A stretch of 64,000 nucleotides of DNA from Octopus sinensis (taxonomy: Eukaryota). Both the position numbers and the translations under genes were made by a program. Under the pieces are notes generated by a model that saw nothing but the letters and a program-made list of their open reading frames with translations, searched no databases and was not told the DNA's origin. Shown here one piece after another: positions 37,892 to 51,888 of this stretch (position 1 is the first letter of the stretch; each line of letters begins with the position of its first letter). Where the stretch lies: the NCBI RefSeq assembly GCF_006345805.1, contig NC_043004.1:103602001-103666000 (forward strand), read 5' to 3'.

Positions 37892-39898
37892 CTAATATAG
37901 GTCTGTATTAGTAAAAGAATTATAAAATGAATTTTGTGTTTTACCTTTACTTGTTTCAGTCATTGGACTGCAGCCATGCTGGGGCACCACCTGGGTGGGT
38001 TTATTCAAGCAAATTGACCCCAATACTTATTTTTTAAGATTGGTACTTATTTTATTGGTATCCTATGCTCAACCACTAAGGGTACAGGGTCATAAACAAA
38101 CTTACACTGGTTGTCAAATGGTGTAGGACACACACACAAACAAGCAATTACTGTCAATCAAATTCACCCACAGGGCATTGGTTGGCCCTGAGCTATAACA
38201 GAAACACTCAAGGTGCTGCACAGTTGAACTGAACCCAAAACCACTTGATTGCAAAGCAAGCTTCTTAACTACACAGCCATTCATTCACCAATATTTGGGT
38301 AAGTTTGCACCACTATAGAGAGAATAGAACTCTGATGAGATTCTCTCTTTGACTGAGAGGAAAGAAGAAATTTTTTTTCTATGAGCAAGGGACAGTCCCA
38401 AAATGCCAGATTTCTATTTCCAACCTCACTGATTTCTCTAAACTCCCAAACTTCACTACTTAACACATTTGGTTACATGTGTGAATTATCAAGTGGCAGA
38501 TCGGTCTTCAACAATAGCACTGGGTCTAAGTAAAATAGATTCTAGATTGTAGGGTAGATATAATTGTTCTCGGTCTGCTTGCTAAATTCTACTAATATCT
38601 ACTGTTGGCTACTACAACACTGTTTATTCAACTACAACTGATCACTAACCGGTCATTTACTAGGTATTTTTAGTCATTGAGCCAATATACATTTTGCTTA
38701 AACTACTTGTGTGTGTGGGGGGGGTGGCTATGGGGGGAGGCGGTGGGGAAGGTGTGTTCCCTATTTCCTGCAACTATTCAACTTTACTGTGTATGTTTGT
38801 ACTTATAATTAATTAGCAGTTTCCCACCTCTAGTCTCCTGTCCACTGCTACATATTCTGATTTTGTTCCAAGGTGCAACACTGCCAACCTTCTAACTCTC
38901 TCTCTTCTCTCTCACACCCACACATACATACACTCCTACACTCCTACACACACACACACACCCTCTCCGTTCTCTCCATATTCTAACATAGTAATTAGGT
39001 GTCAACTGGGACCATTGAAAAGTCTTGTACTCAATGAATTTCACATTGTTACCATTCTCAATGGGAAGGGAAAGGGGGTAGTTCTGGCGACCATTTCAAG
39101 ACAAAATCTTAATAATTACTGCTAGCAGGGAAGCTTTCTTGTAACAATGTCTGGTGGTGGTGGTTGGAGATGATTGCTAGTGAGTGGTGGTGGTGGCATG
39201 GCTAATAATTGTTGTGGTGGTGGTGGGAGGCATGCTCTTTGGAAGATTACCCTCTTCTGCTGCTAATATTAATTTCATTTGCTAATTTGACATTTATTAT
39301 TAGAAATGGTAAAGTACTGTAGAAAATAAATGCCTTGCTGGATTTAGTTAATTGGGAGTTCAAGCTCTACTCAGGGTTGTCTATCATTTTGGGGATTTAT
39401 TGAATTATGTGCTTGTCATATATCTTTTGTCCGTTACTGGTTTCAGTCATTGGGCTGTGACCATGCTGGGGCACCACCTTGAAATCAACCCCAGTGCTTG
39501 TGTTTAAGTCTCATACTTATTCTAGTGATCTTTTTGTCTGAACCATTGTTACAGGACGTAAACAAACTAACACTGATTGTCAACCAGTGTTGAAGATATG
39601 CACACACACACACACACACACACATACATACACACACACAGCAGGCTTACATGTAATGTCTGTCTAACAAATTTTCAAGGCACTGGTGTTCCCAGAGCTA
39701 TTGTAGAAGACACTTGAGATGCCGTGCAGGGAAATTGAACCTGAAACCAATTAGTGGCAAAGTGAGCTTCTTAACCACACAGCCATGCTTATTTATTCAG
39801 CTAGTGTTTCTCTTAGGGTGTTATGGCAGAGGGACTTGAGAAATGGGGCTGGCAGATTGCTAGGCTTGATAAAATTAAGGTGATTTTAATCTATTTAA

Positions 39899-40114
39899 CC
39901 TTCTCGTTACTATATTCTTGTTAATGCTTTGTGTTTCAATTAATTTTAAATATAACAAAAAATTTAGTAAAATAACTTAGTTTTCATTAAGATGATGTTA
40001 GGAACATAAATTCTGACTAAAGTTTGGTGGAAGATTTTAATTCAAAGCTTATGAAAACAAGACATTTGTACTACAGAGCAAGAGGCAGTTTCTAGCAGTT
40101 TGGTATCGAAAGGG
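39899..40114. mobile_element. piggyBac-type MITE family 2 (uninterrupted)
   Basis: TTAA|CCTTCTCGTTAC...GTATCGAAAGGG|TTAA; body collinear with 17053-17497 without the nested element. Confidence 0.8.
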
Positions 40115-40401
40115 TTAAAGGACAGATGAATGGCAGGATCATTAGAGTATCGGACAAAATGCTTAGTAGGAATTGTTCCAGTACTTTGTGTTCTGAGTTC
40201 AAATCTGGCTGCAGTCAACTTTCTTATTTTTGTCTCTCTGGGACTGATAAAGAGCCACTCAAGTGCTGAGATCAATTTATTGATAACCCTTCTTCAAAAA
40301 TTTTTGGCCTTAGAGAACTAGATTAGAGGATTTGTGATCCTTTATAAAGTTTCTGTACATTTGAATGCAAATTTTACCAGAGTTGGTTTTGATTTTTTAT
40401 C

Positions 40402-40444
<43 letters not shown>

Positions 40445-40726
40445 AGGCTTCTACATAGTCTCCATCCACCCGGTTTACTTGCAATCCATTAATTGACTTA
40501 GACCTATACTAAAAGACACATTCCCAAGGTGCCACAAAATGGAACCAAACTCAAAACCATTGTGGTTGCAAAGGTGAGCTTTCTAACCATGCAGCCATGC
40601 CTGTGCCTATGTAAGAATTCTTCACAGTAATTAAGATAAGGAAATAAAAGTGTGAAAGAGACCAAATAGTTTATATTATCAGGTTTCCTGCTTCAAGTCT
40701 TGCCAAAGTATTTCAATGTGTCTATA

Positions 40727-41152
40727 TACTCTTTTACTCGTTTCAGTCAGTTGACTGCGGCCATGCTGGAGCACCGCCTTTAGTCGAGCAACTCGACCCC
40801 GGGACTTATTCTTTGTAAGCCCAGTACTTATTCTATCGGTCTCTTTTGCCGAACCGCTAAGTATCGGGGACATAAACACACCAGCATCGGTTGTCAAGCA
40901 ATGCTAGGGGGACAAACACAGACACACAAACCCACACACACACACACACATACATACATATATATATATATATATACATATATACATATATACGACGGGC
41001 TTTCAGTTTCCGTCTACCAAATTCACTCACATGGCTTTGGTCGGCCCGAGGCTATAGTAGAAGACACATGCCCAAGGTTCCACGCAGTGGGACTGAACCC
41101 GGAACCATGTGGTTGGAAAACAAGCTACTTACCACACAGCCACTCCTGCGCC
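40727..41152 (-). mobile_element. Full-length SINE family A
   Basis: Reverse complement of the 1661 structure. Confidence 0.9.
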
Positions 41153-41493
41153 TATATATATATATATAAAACTATATAAATATATATATAAACATATATA
41201 AAACAATTTCAGTGTAGAAGATAAATAGCCATTCAAAAACATACAAAATCTTCACAAGATGGTGACACTAAATAGTAATGAAGTTATATTCTTCGTGTTT
41301 TGAATGTCTAAATTGCGTTGTCCTTGCTGTAATTATCTTAGTTTCAACTTATGGTCTCTGGTCAAATTGCCACACAAATGCATCTTTGAAAAAATATATA
41401 TACTCCCAGTATGGTAATTTAACACTTTAGCATTGAAATTACTTTGTCAAATGTATTTCATATATATTCACATTTTATAAAATTAATCCTGTA

Positions 41494-41655
41494 GGCGCAG
41501 GAGTGGCTGTGTGGTAAGTAGCTTGCTTACCAACCACATGGTTCCGGGTTCAGTCCCACTGTGTGGCACCTTGGGCAAATGTCTTCTACTATAGCCTCGG
41601 CCCGACCAAAGCCTTGTGAGTGGATTTGGTAGACGGAAACTGAAAGAAGCCCGTC

Positions 41656-41699
<44 letters not shown>

Positions 41700-41912
41700 G
41701 TGTGTGTTTGTGTTGTCTGTGTTTGTCTCCCCAACATCGCTTGACAACCGATGCTGGTGTGTTTACGTCCCCATTACTTAGCGGTTTGTCAAAAGAGACC
41801 GATAGAATAAGTACTGGGCTTACAAAAAGAATAAGTCCCGGGGTCGAGTTGCTCGACTAAAGGCGGTGCTTCAGCATGGCCGCAGTCAAATGACTGAAAC
41901 AAGTAAAAGAGT
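41494..41912 (+). mobile_element. Full-length SINE family A inside a piggyBac MITE (about 41422-42087)
   Basis: Flanked by a 33-bp direct duplication (41461-41493 / 41919-41951). MITE ends are ACTTTAGCATT and AATGCTAAAGGG. Confidence 0.9.
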
Positions 41913-42884
41913 ATTACTTATATATTCACATTTTATAAAATCAATCCTGTATTATCACATAACTTTTGGGATTTCAAAGATTTGTTTAATTTTAGAATGA
42001 CATTACTGGGTTGGTGTGAGAGGCTGAATCTGGCCGTTTTGAATATAAAACAGGCAGAATATTTGGACCAGTTTAAATGCTAAAGGGTTGAATACAAGCC
42101 AAAGGGAGAAAGGCTTCCATGTGATAGCTTGATCTGCTTGAAATAATAGCTGCCAAATTTTCTTCAGTTCAGAGCTTTTCATTTCATTGTTAAAAAAAGA
42201 AAAAGAAGGAAAGATTTACATTAGATTATGTAATCCTAGACAGATTTTGTTCTGTCTGAATAAAGGATTGATGGTGACGATCACAATGGGAACATCATTT
42301 AATCATGAATCTGCTGAATAAAGAGTGATATGGAGTTTAAAAAAAAACAAAAAACTGTATTGCTGAAATTGGTGTGCAAGACAAAAAAAAGAAAAACAAA
42401 AAACAACCCTAAAATAATAGAAAGAAAAAGAAAATTGTTTGAAATATTGAAACTGAATTGGTGGTGGTGGCTAGATAGCTGGGGCTGGGGAAATGGGCTC
42501 TCTCGCCTGGAACAGCAAGTCAGGTGCAGGAACTGTCACCTGGCTCAGTAGTGAGGGAGAGGAGAGATAAATAAGGGCTGGCTGTGGCTTGGGATGTTAG
42601 GGTAGGGTGTGCTGTTAGAGGGGCAGAATTATGAATGAATCTCTCTCACAAGATGAAGAAACTTGAAAAGAAATGAGATTGTGGCTGCTCTTTTCATTTT
42701 GTGAAATTAGAGGCATTGAAGGATAGTCATGTTTCAGTTGAAATGTTCTTGATTCCTTGGGGGTCATTGTTTTGGAGATCTTTTCATTTCCTTCAGGTCT
42801 TTTGTTTTGGTAAAATATCATCTCTCTTATTTCAATTTTATTCTGTTTGATATATATATATATATATATATATATAATACACAT

Positions 42885-42939
<55 letters not shown>

Positions 42940-43419
42940 GAGAGAGAGAAAGAATAACCTTTTCAATGACTTGGCAGGAAGAATTCTTGGCTTTGAGCTA
43001 AACAGTATGTGTGTCTGTGTGTCCGTGTGTGTGTATGTACTGTGCTTCGTGTTTATGCGTGCATTTTATGTGTGTATTTGTGTAAATATTTTATAATTCT
43101 GTTCTGTGTGATTTGTTAATTTTTCAGATATGTCTGATGAAAACAGTTTGCTTGTTTGTAATATATTAATGTATTGTTTGATGGTTTTTTTTTTAGCCCT
43201 AGGTCAACCCTGAGTGAATAGACATATGATCAAAGGCATTTCAGCCTGGACCACCTCATCTTTGTGCATTTCTAAGACTGCTTTGTTTAATGTTGCTTTC
43301 CCATTTTAAGACAGTAAAACAGTGTGTGATGATGGGATTTAACTTCTATTTTTAGCAGTGCAAATTACTACATAATGACTCTTGCAGTATTGTGGAATGG
43401 TAATGAAGCTGTTTATCCT

Positions 43420-43809
43420 TTTTTACTTGTTTCAGTCATTTGACTGCGGCCATGCTGGAGCACCGCCTTTAGTCGAGCAAATCAATCCCGGGACTTATTC
43501 CTTGTAAGCCCAGTACTTATTCTATCGGTCTCTTTTGCCGAACCGCTAAGTAACGGGACGTAAACACACCAGCATCGGTTGTCAAGCAATGCTAGGGGGA
43601 CAAACACAGATACACAAACATACACACATATATATATATATATATACGACAGGCTTCTTTCAGTTTCCGTCTACCAAATCCACTCATGAGGCTTTGGTCG
43701 GCCCGAGGCTATAGCAGAAGACACTTGCCCAAGATGCCACGCAGTGGGACTGAACCCGGAACCATGTGGTTGGTTAGCAAGCTACTTACCACACAGCCAC
43801 TCCTGCGCC
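43420..43809 (-). mobile_element. Full-length SINE family A
   Basis: Reverse complement of the 1661 structure. Confidence 0.9.
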
Positions 43810-44161
43810 TATTCTTTTTTTATTCTTTTTTACACTTCTTTATTATCTGCAATATGGATTCAAAGCAATGTTGCTACTTTATTTTATACTCCATTACTGG
43901 AATAGTTCCTTGGGTTTCTGCCTCAATTGTATGGCATTTGACTATTTAAGATGGTTGATGCTTATTCTGGCATTAGAATGTACCCCTTCTTCAATTTTTA
44001 CCTAGCAAACCTGGCTATAAATAGGACTGAACGACTCTGCAGTTATTCAACCTGCTCAAACCCAACCCTGTTGAAAGGACAGTAGGATTGAAAACCTTTA
44101 ATCAAAGAACTGCTCATTAAAAGGAAAGTCTGTCTGTAGATCATCCTCATCATTAATTTAA

Positions 44162-44382
44162 CCCTTTAGCATTTAAACCGGCCATATCCGGCCAAAAGTA
44201 TTCTGCCTGTTTTATGTTCAAACTGTTCAGATCTGACTTCTCACACCAATCCTACAATATTGTTTTAAAAATTAACAGCTACCTCATCAAAATCTCATAG
44301 CTACAAGATAATGCATGATTAGTTCAAAACAATTTGGATAAAAAAGCATTAATTATGGTAGAATAATGTGAACACTAAAGGG
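44162..44382. mobile_element. piggyBac-type MITE family 1
   Basis: TTAA|CCCTTTAGCATT...AACACTAAAGGG|TTAA, in the opposite orientation to 18397-18616. Confidence 0.88.
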
Positions 44383-44654
44383 TTAATGCTCACATCTTCA
44401 TGCTTGTATGGGCCAGAGGGAGCTTATTGAAGCAGATTTTCCACGGTAGGATGCTGTTCCTGTCACCAACCCTCACCTGTTTCCAAGTGAAGTAATATTT
44501 CTCCATGGCCAGACATGTTTTTTTAGCAAAATTTTGGAAATGAATGACACTGCTTATATGACAGTGATTCTCATTTACAATTATTACTCAATGTCAACAC
44601 AAAGAAACACTCACCCATTTTGTTCAGCATGCTAACAATTCTGCCAGCTTGCCT

Positions 44655-44689
<35 letters not shown>

Positions 44690-44692
<3 letters not shown>

Positions 44693-44890
44693 CCATTCTA
44701 TTAAAGGTACAAGACCTGCAATTTTTGGATAGGGGACTAGTTGATTACATTGACCCCAGTGTTCAACTGGTACTTATTTTATTGACCCTGAAAGGATGAA
44801 AGGTAAAGTCAACCTCAGCAGAATTTGAACTCAGAATATAAAAGCATTTTGCCCAGCATGCTAACAATTCTGCCAGCTCACCACCTTAAT
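44690..44890 (-). mobile_element. SINE family B in (TAA)n
   Basis: Same core as 37645-37860. Confidence 0.78.
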
Positions 44891-45297
44891 AATGATAATA
44901 ATAATAATATAATAATGGTTAACCCTTGGTGTTGTGCTCTTGTAACATGGTTTCTAGGTATTTCAATTTGTTTCTCTTGGAATGTTCCTCAGATATATTC
45001 ATTTTTTTTCTACTTGTTTCAGTCATTGGATTGTGGTCATGCTGGAGTAATCCCTTGATGGGTTTGGTTGAACAAATCAATCCCAGTGCATATTTTTTAA
45101 GCATGGCACTTACTTATTCTATTGGTATCTTTTGCCAAACTGTTAAGTTACAGGGATTTAAGCAAACTAACAACTGTTGTCAAGCACTGGTGGACATGCA
45201 CATATAGATACACATGATGGGTTTCTACCTTGAGAGGACTTGCCCAAGGCACCATGCAAAGCAAACTTCTTAACCACCACACACACACACACACACA

Positions 45298-45358
<61 letters not shown>

Positions 45359-45775
45359 GTCACTGAAACTTTTGTATTGAGTTCTTGTAAATTTGGTAAA
45401 TGATGGGTTTGAATTTGATTCGGATTTTTCATGTTTATGTGGGGCTAAGATTTAGACAATAATTAAAGAGCAAATTAGTGGAAGAGGTTAGGAATGGTAA
45501 AGGAGGAAGATGAAAAGAAAACAAAGTAGAACAAAGCAAGAGAAAATACAATAACAAATAGGAGGTATAAGGAGGCTTGTTTTTTTTGTGTTTTTTTGTT
45601 TTTTGTAATAGGTTTATGGATATAATAGTTTTAAAAGTTCATGGATATAAAAGTATAGAAGTAGATATAAAAGTAGATAATCAGATGAATAGACAGACAC
45701 AGCTTGATCAATAGACTGATGAATAAATAGACAGGCAGGTGCATAGATAGATAGATATAGATATGCAGATAGATA

Positions 45776-45937
45776 GGCGCAGGAGTGGCTGTGTGGTAAG
45801 TAGCTTGTTTACCAACCACATGGTTCCGGGTTCAATTCCACTGCTTGGCACCTTGGGCAACTGTCTTCTACTATAGCCTCAGGCCAACCAAAGCCTTGTG
45901 AGTGGATTTGGTAGATGGAAACTGAAAGAAGCCTGTC

Positions 45938-45987
<50 letters not shown>

Positions 45988-46193
45988 CTGTGTTTGTCCC
46001 CCTAGCATTGCTTGACAACCGATGCTGGTGTGTTTATGTCCCCGTTACTTAGCGGTTCGGCAAAAGAGACCGATAGAATAAGTACTGGGCTTACAAAAGA
46101 ATAAGTCCCGGGGTCGAGTTGCTCGATTAAAGGCAGTGCTCCAGCATGGCCGCAGTCAAATGACTGAAACAAGTAAAAGAGTAAAAGAGAGAG
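45776..46193 (+). mobile_element. Full-length SINE family A within a (GATA)n tract
   Basis: Standard structure; AGATATAGATATGCAGATAGATA is present on both sides. Confidence 0.9.
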
Positions 46194-46211
46194 TATAGAT
46201 AGATAAGTAGG

Positions 46212-46245
<34 letters not shown>

Positions 46246-47079
46246 TAGATATGCAGATAGATAGATAGATAGGTCAGTTGGTAGGTATTAATAATTAAAC
46301 AGTTTAGATTCAATCTATCCATATACTAGAACTTAAGGCCAGGAAAAAGCAAACCTCAACCTTGACTAGAATTTTACTGAATCACCATGTGTGTTGGATA
46401 CAGCATAGAATATATAGTTGATTTTTCTCTACTAACTGCTCTCTCTCTCTCTCTCTTTTTCCCTAATTAGTTTCCCCCTCCCCCGAGAGCAATTACTCTC
46501 AATTTCATTCATACATACAATTTCATGAAATGTTTAGGTTAATGGTGGTGGTGGGTTTTAGGAAAACATGTGTGGATGAATAAAGCAGTCATGTAAAAAC
46601 CAGGTATAGGTCAGGAACATTATACAAAGAGGACCCTTTTAAAATTCTATGTACAAATAAGGACATAGTATAATTAAATAACTATAATGGTGGTTCTCTC
46701 ACAAATATCAGGCCCTGAAATTTTTGGCCCCTTTCCCTCTTTTTTTTTTATTATTAGGATGACAAAATACTTTGCATTCATGTAATTCTTCTTTTCTTTG
46801 CTGTGGTCTTGGACAAGTTTAAAAGTTTAAACTCCTCTTAATCTTATTAAATATAGCAATTTAATCTTTTCAATTATCACAGTCCCCTCTTCAAATGGGT
46901 GGTGGGGAGAGAGGGTTGGCTTCCCAACCCTATGCCTATGAGAAACTTTTTCTGTAAAGAAAATATAACTAAAACGAATTATAATAATGATATTTAAATC
47001 TGAAATAAAATTGTTTCACTCGGCTGAATAATAATCCTTACTTTCTTGATTGTTACTTATTTTATTGGGAGTGTGTAAG

Positions 47080-47620
47080 TCATCATCATCATGATCCTTT
47101 AACATCAGTTTTCCACACTGGCATGGGTTGGATGGATTGACCAGAGCTGGCAGGCCGGAGAGCTACACCAGGCTCCAGTCTGATTTGGCTTGGTTTCTAT
47201 GGCTGGATGCCCTTCCTAACACCACCCACTTTACATTATGATGTACTGGGTACTTTTTACATGGCACCAGCATGAGTACTTCAGTGTGACACTGACATGC
47301 GTGCTTTTTATGTGGCTCCAGCACAGAATTCTTGCAGGTCAATCTTCTTCATTAGCAGAAATGAATTTAACACATCTATGGTGCACAGGTTTCCTTGAGT
47401 ATCATCATTATCGTTCAACGTCTGTTTTCCATGCTGGCATGGGTTGGATGGTTTGACTGAGGACTGGCGAACCACATGGCTGCACCAGGCTCCAATCTCA
47501 TCTGGCAAGGTTTCTACAACTGGATGCCCTTCCTAATGCCAACCACTCTGAGAGTGTAGTGGGTAGCTTTTTAGGTGCTACCAGCATGGGAGCCAGTCAC
47601 GTGGCACTGGCATCAACCAG
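47080..47620 (-). mobile_element. Two tandem RTE 3' UTR fragments
   Basis: (CAT)n tails at about 47080 and 47401, each followed by the CATGGGTTGGATG..GGATGCCCTTCCTAA body. Confidence 0.8.
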
Positions 47621-49430
47621 GTGCCACGCAGTGAGACTGAACCCAGAGCAATGTGGTTGAGAAGCAAGTTACTTACCACACAGCCACGGGTATTTTGCAG
47701 ACCATTAGGCTATTATTTCTAGCAGTTCTAGAGGCCCCCTTAGTAAATAAGTATGTGTGTGAGGACAGCAGGAGTGGTTGAAAGGGAGCAGGTGTATTGG
47801 GGATATCGCGTGTGTGTGTGTGTGTGTGTGTGTGTGTCTGAGAGTGTGTGTGTGTATGTATGTATGTATGTATGTGTGTGTTGTAATGTATAGGTGTGCT
47901 GCTCTAACATAACAGTTTATATAGGTGGGTGGTACAACAGTGTGTAGGTGTAGACATCACCTCACCTACCTACCTTCCCTACCTGCCTACCTACCCGTAC
48001 CCCCACCCCTTACCCCCACCCCGTACCCTTACTCCCAACTTGAGTCTACAGTTGACTTTCATTCAGCTTTGTTGTTGTGTCTACCCTCCACTACAGGATA
48101 CTGGCTCCCCATTAATCCTTTCTTCTTCTACTGAAAATGGGGGGTTGAAGGAGGTGGATGGATTCTGAAACTCCCTTCACAAACCTCTCTCTCTCTCCAG
48201 CTTACAAGCAAGGGGCGGAGGTGGAGTGGGGTGGGAAAGAACGCCCCCCCCGTCTCTCTGCTCTTCCCCCCCCCCCGCCATCATAATTGCTATAGTATTG
48301 TGTGTTTGTGTTAAGTCAATATAGGGAGTTTAGTTGAGATGGTGGGGAAGGAGGAGGAGACTGCTGCTGATGCTAGCGGGGTGTGGGGTGGGGGTGGGGG
48401 TGATAAAGAGTGAGAGAGGGAATTAAAAAAAAAAAGAAATGGCGAAGGGGAGGTACCCTCCTACCTCTGCCTGCATATCAGTCCTCTACCTCCCACCTTG
48501 TTCTCAGCTATTGCCAGAACTACTAACACTACTACCACCACCACCGCTTAATTACTAGTACTATGATAATTACTATTACAACCACAGTTGTTACTACTCT
48601 CATAATCCATACTACTACTACTACTACTATTTCCACCACCATTATTATTGTCAGCTTCATCTCTACAACTACCACCCCCACACATTACTACAACTACCAC
48701 CTCCACAACAACTATTATTACCACACTATAACCACTACCACAACCGATACTACCACCCATGCGTGCTGTCACCTTCACTCCTCACCATCATTGCCACCTT
48801 TCTTTCACAATCTTTTCTGATATTTATTTTCCCTTTCATCTTCCTGCCCCACCAGAGGGGCTGTGGGGCAGGGGGGGGGGCATTTCAATACCACTACTAC
48901 TACTACTACTACTACATTATGATTGTGATAGTAGTTGTGTCCTTCCCTCCCCCGGGGTGGGTGGGTAATGGTTGTTCCCCACCCACCCCTGGACTTACCT
49001 TTTTTTTTCTCTCTCTACCTTCTCTTTACTCCAACACAACAACCCTGTATCCACCTCCCACCTCCATCTCTGTCTCCGGTTCCCCCCTCCATCTTTTTTT
49101 TCTCACATTTCTCTCTCCCTTCCACCCCCCCCCCCGCCAACACCATCATTCCCAGCCACTGATCTACCATCTTTAGCTGTCTTCTAGACCCTCACTCCTC
49201 ACCCCACCATCCTTCCTCTGTCTCTGCTATCTCTCGATACCCCTCACCCTCTCACAGCAACACCCCCCCTCGTGTATTTGCGACTCCATTAAATGTATCC
49301 TCATATATAAATATGAGTGAGTGTGTGTGTGTGTATGTTTGTGTGTTATCAGCACAGGTAAAATACAGAAGGGAGAGGGTGTGCTTGTCTTTTCTTGATA
49401 ACTCATATTGAAAAGGAGGAAGATGGCATA

Positions 49431-49461
<31 letters not shown>

Positions 49462-50123
49462 TGTGTGTGTGTGTGTGTGTAACTCTATATACTAAGGTTT
49501 GTCTCTGGTGTGTGCTTGCTCTGACTGTCTGCACAAGTTTGTCTGGTAAAGTCTGTGTGAATGCATGTTAAATAAACTGCGTAAATACACATGTTTAAAG
49601 TGTGTACGTATGCCATGTGTGTAGGTGGGTTTCTGGAGTTGTGGGTGTAGATATGGAAGGGGGGTGGGGGACTGGTTTTTAGTGCATGGAGAGTTAAGTG
49701 GTTGAGCGGATGGATGGATGGATTTGTGTGGGAAGTCAATATTTGGGATATATGGTGCAGACTCCAGCTGGAGTTAGTATGTACGTATATGTGAAGGTGC
49801 TCCCTTTCTGTATTCCTCACACACACACACACACACACAACCACACATGTCTCATTCATGGTCTCACCACAGCCAGCCCCCTCCTCCATATGTGTTTGTG
49901 TGAATGTTTGAAGATCAATTGATTTTACCTGAGAAAAATCTAAGACTTCGTTCACTTTATGGCTACCCTGAGTTTTCTATTTTTATTCTTAGTTACTAAT
50001 TTTGAGATGAGCAACTCTAAGGAATAGAAGTTTAGCATTGCTGGGTTTATATCACACACACACACACACAGCGGCTTCTGCACAGTTTTCACCTACCAAA
50101 TTCTTTTGCCAGGCATTAGTCGA

Positions 50124-50265
50124 CGACCGCTCGGTTCAAAGTCTCCCTTGACCACAAGTGGCCTGAACTCTTTACATGAACACCACCCGGTACATAACTC
50201 CATGTCCTCCTACATGGCCTTGCTTTTTGCTTTTTGAGCCAAAAAATTAACTAACTAACTAACTA
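50124..50265 (+). mobile_element. Short LINE-like 3' fragment with (TAAC)n tail
   Basis: A GC-richer insert that truncates a SINE and ends in TTAACTAACTAACTAACTAG. Family not identified. Confidence 0.4.
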
Positions 50266-50716
50266 GTAAGCCCAGTTTTGAATGAACCATCATTGTTTTG
50301 TAACCCCAAGATTTCAATGTTGCGATTGTTTATTTTCTGAATACCATTGTAGGGGAGATTACGTGAGAAATCAGACTCAGCCAGTTTGAACATAGAGCAA
50401 GTAGAATATTTGGTCCAGATATAGCTGGTTTAAATGCTATAGGGTTAGAGGAAGTTTGGGGGAAAACAAGTACGCTTACCAGACAAGAATGTGGATGTGG
50501 TCCAGGTAAATTCAAAGAACTACTTATTTGGGCGACATGACAGTGCTAATAAAAAAAAATGAATAGCCATGGTTAAGGAGCCCACTTTGCAGCCATGTGG
50601 TTTCAGATTCAGTCCTACTGCCTGGCACTTTAGGTGAGTGTCCTCTGCTGTAGCTCTGAGCGGACCAATGCTTTGGAAGCGAATTTGGGAGACAGAAACT
50701 ATGTGAAAGTGAAATT

Positions 50717-51131
50717 AAGGCAGCAAGCTGGCAGAAATGTTAGCACACCGGATGAAATGCTTAATGGTATTTCGTCTGCCGTTACGTTCTGAGTTCAAAT
50801 TCCGCTAAGGTCGACTTTGCCTTTCATCCTTTCAGGGTCGATAAATTAAGTACCAGTTATGCACTGGGGTTGATGTAATTGACTTAATGTTTGTCTGTCC
50901 TTGTTTGTCCTTTCTGTGTTTAGCCCCTTGTGGGTAGCAAAGAAATAGGTATTTCGTCTGCTGTTATGTTCTGAGTTCAAATTCTGCTGAGGTCGACTTT
51001 GCCTTTCATCCTTTCAGAGTCAATAAATTAAGTACCAGTTGTGTACTGAGGTCGATGTAATCAACTTAATCCCTTTGTCTGTCCTTGTTTGTCCCCTCTA
51101 TGTTTAGCCCCTTGTGGGCAATAAAGAAATA
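50717..51131 (+). mobile_element. SINE family B variant with an internal ~182-bp tandem duplication
   Basis: GGTATTTCGTCTGC...CCCCTTGTGGG..AAGAAATA occurs twice; 16-bp flanking direct repeat AGAAACTATGTGAAAG at 50694-50709 and 51132-51147. Confidence 0.82.
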
Positions 51132-51295
51132 AGAAACTATGTGAAAGCATGTCATGTGTGTGTTCACATGCCTCTTTGTGTTTGTCCTGTCTCACTGCTC
51201 GAGAACTGGTGCTTGCTTGTTTATGTCTCCATGACTTAGCAGTTTGGCAAAAGGGATGAACAGAATTAGTATTAGACATCAAAAATAATGAGCAA

Positions 51296-51465
51296 GATGC
51301 AGGAGTGGCTGTATGGTATGTAGCTTGCTTACCAACCACACGGTTCCAGGTTCAGTCCCAACGCATGCCACCTGACCAAGTGTCTTCTACTATAGCCTCA
51401 GGCTGACCAAAGCCTTGTGAGTGGATTTGGTAGACAGAAATTGAAAGAAGCCTGTTGTGCATATG

Positions 51466-51512
<47 letters not shown>

Positions 51513-51705
51513 ATTTGTCCCCCTAACATCACTTGACAATCGATGCTGCTATGTTTACATCCCCGTAACTTAGCAGTTCAGCAAAAGAACCAATAGAATA
51601 AGTACTAGGATTAGAAAGAATAAGTCCTGGGGTCGATTTGCTCGACTAAAGGCGGTACTCCAGCATGGCCATAGTCAAATGACTGAAACACGTAAATGAG
51701 AGAGA
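51296..51705 (+). mobile_element. SINE family A
   Basis: Standard head, microsatellite and tail. Confidence 0.85.
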
Positions 51706-51888
51706 GTAATGCAGTCAGTTTTTTTGACAAGCAAGTAAAAGCTGAGAGAGAGAGAGAGAGAGAAAGAGATGATGCATGTTAAAGTGCAATAGAAATGGTT
51801 AAGTTTGACTTCAATCTGTGGCATGTGTTTGGTTAAGTTTTTAACCATTCTGTCTCTTGCCTATCTAGGACTACATTGGCCATTATAT

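Noticed and set aside
43110-43200. Acceptor-like TTTTTCAG followed by ATGTCTGATGAAAAC (also acceptor-like sites near 29410 and 31226)
   Set aside because: No convincing downstream donor or recognisable coding signal; such motifs are common in T-rich DNA.
48548-48820. Thr/Ile/His-rich, mucin-like ORFs
   Set aside because: Degenerate (ACT/ACC)n trinucleotide tract without splice or codon evidence.
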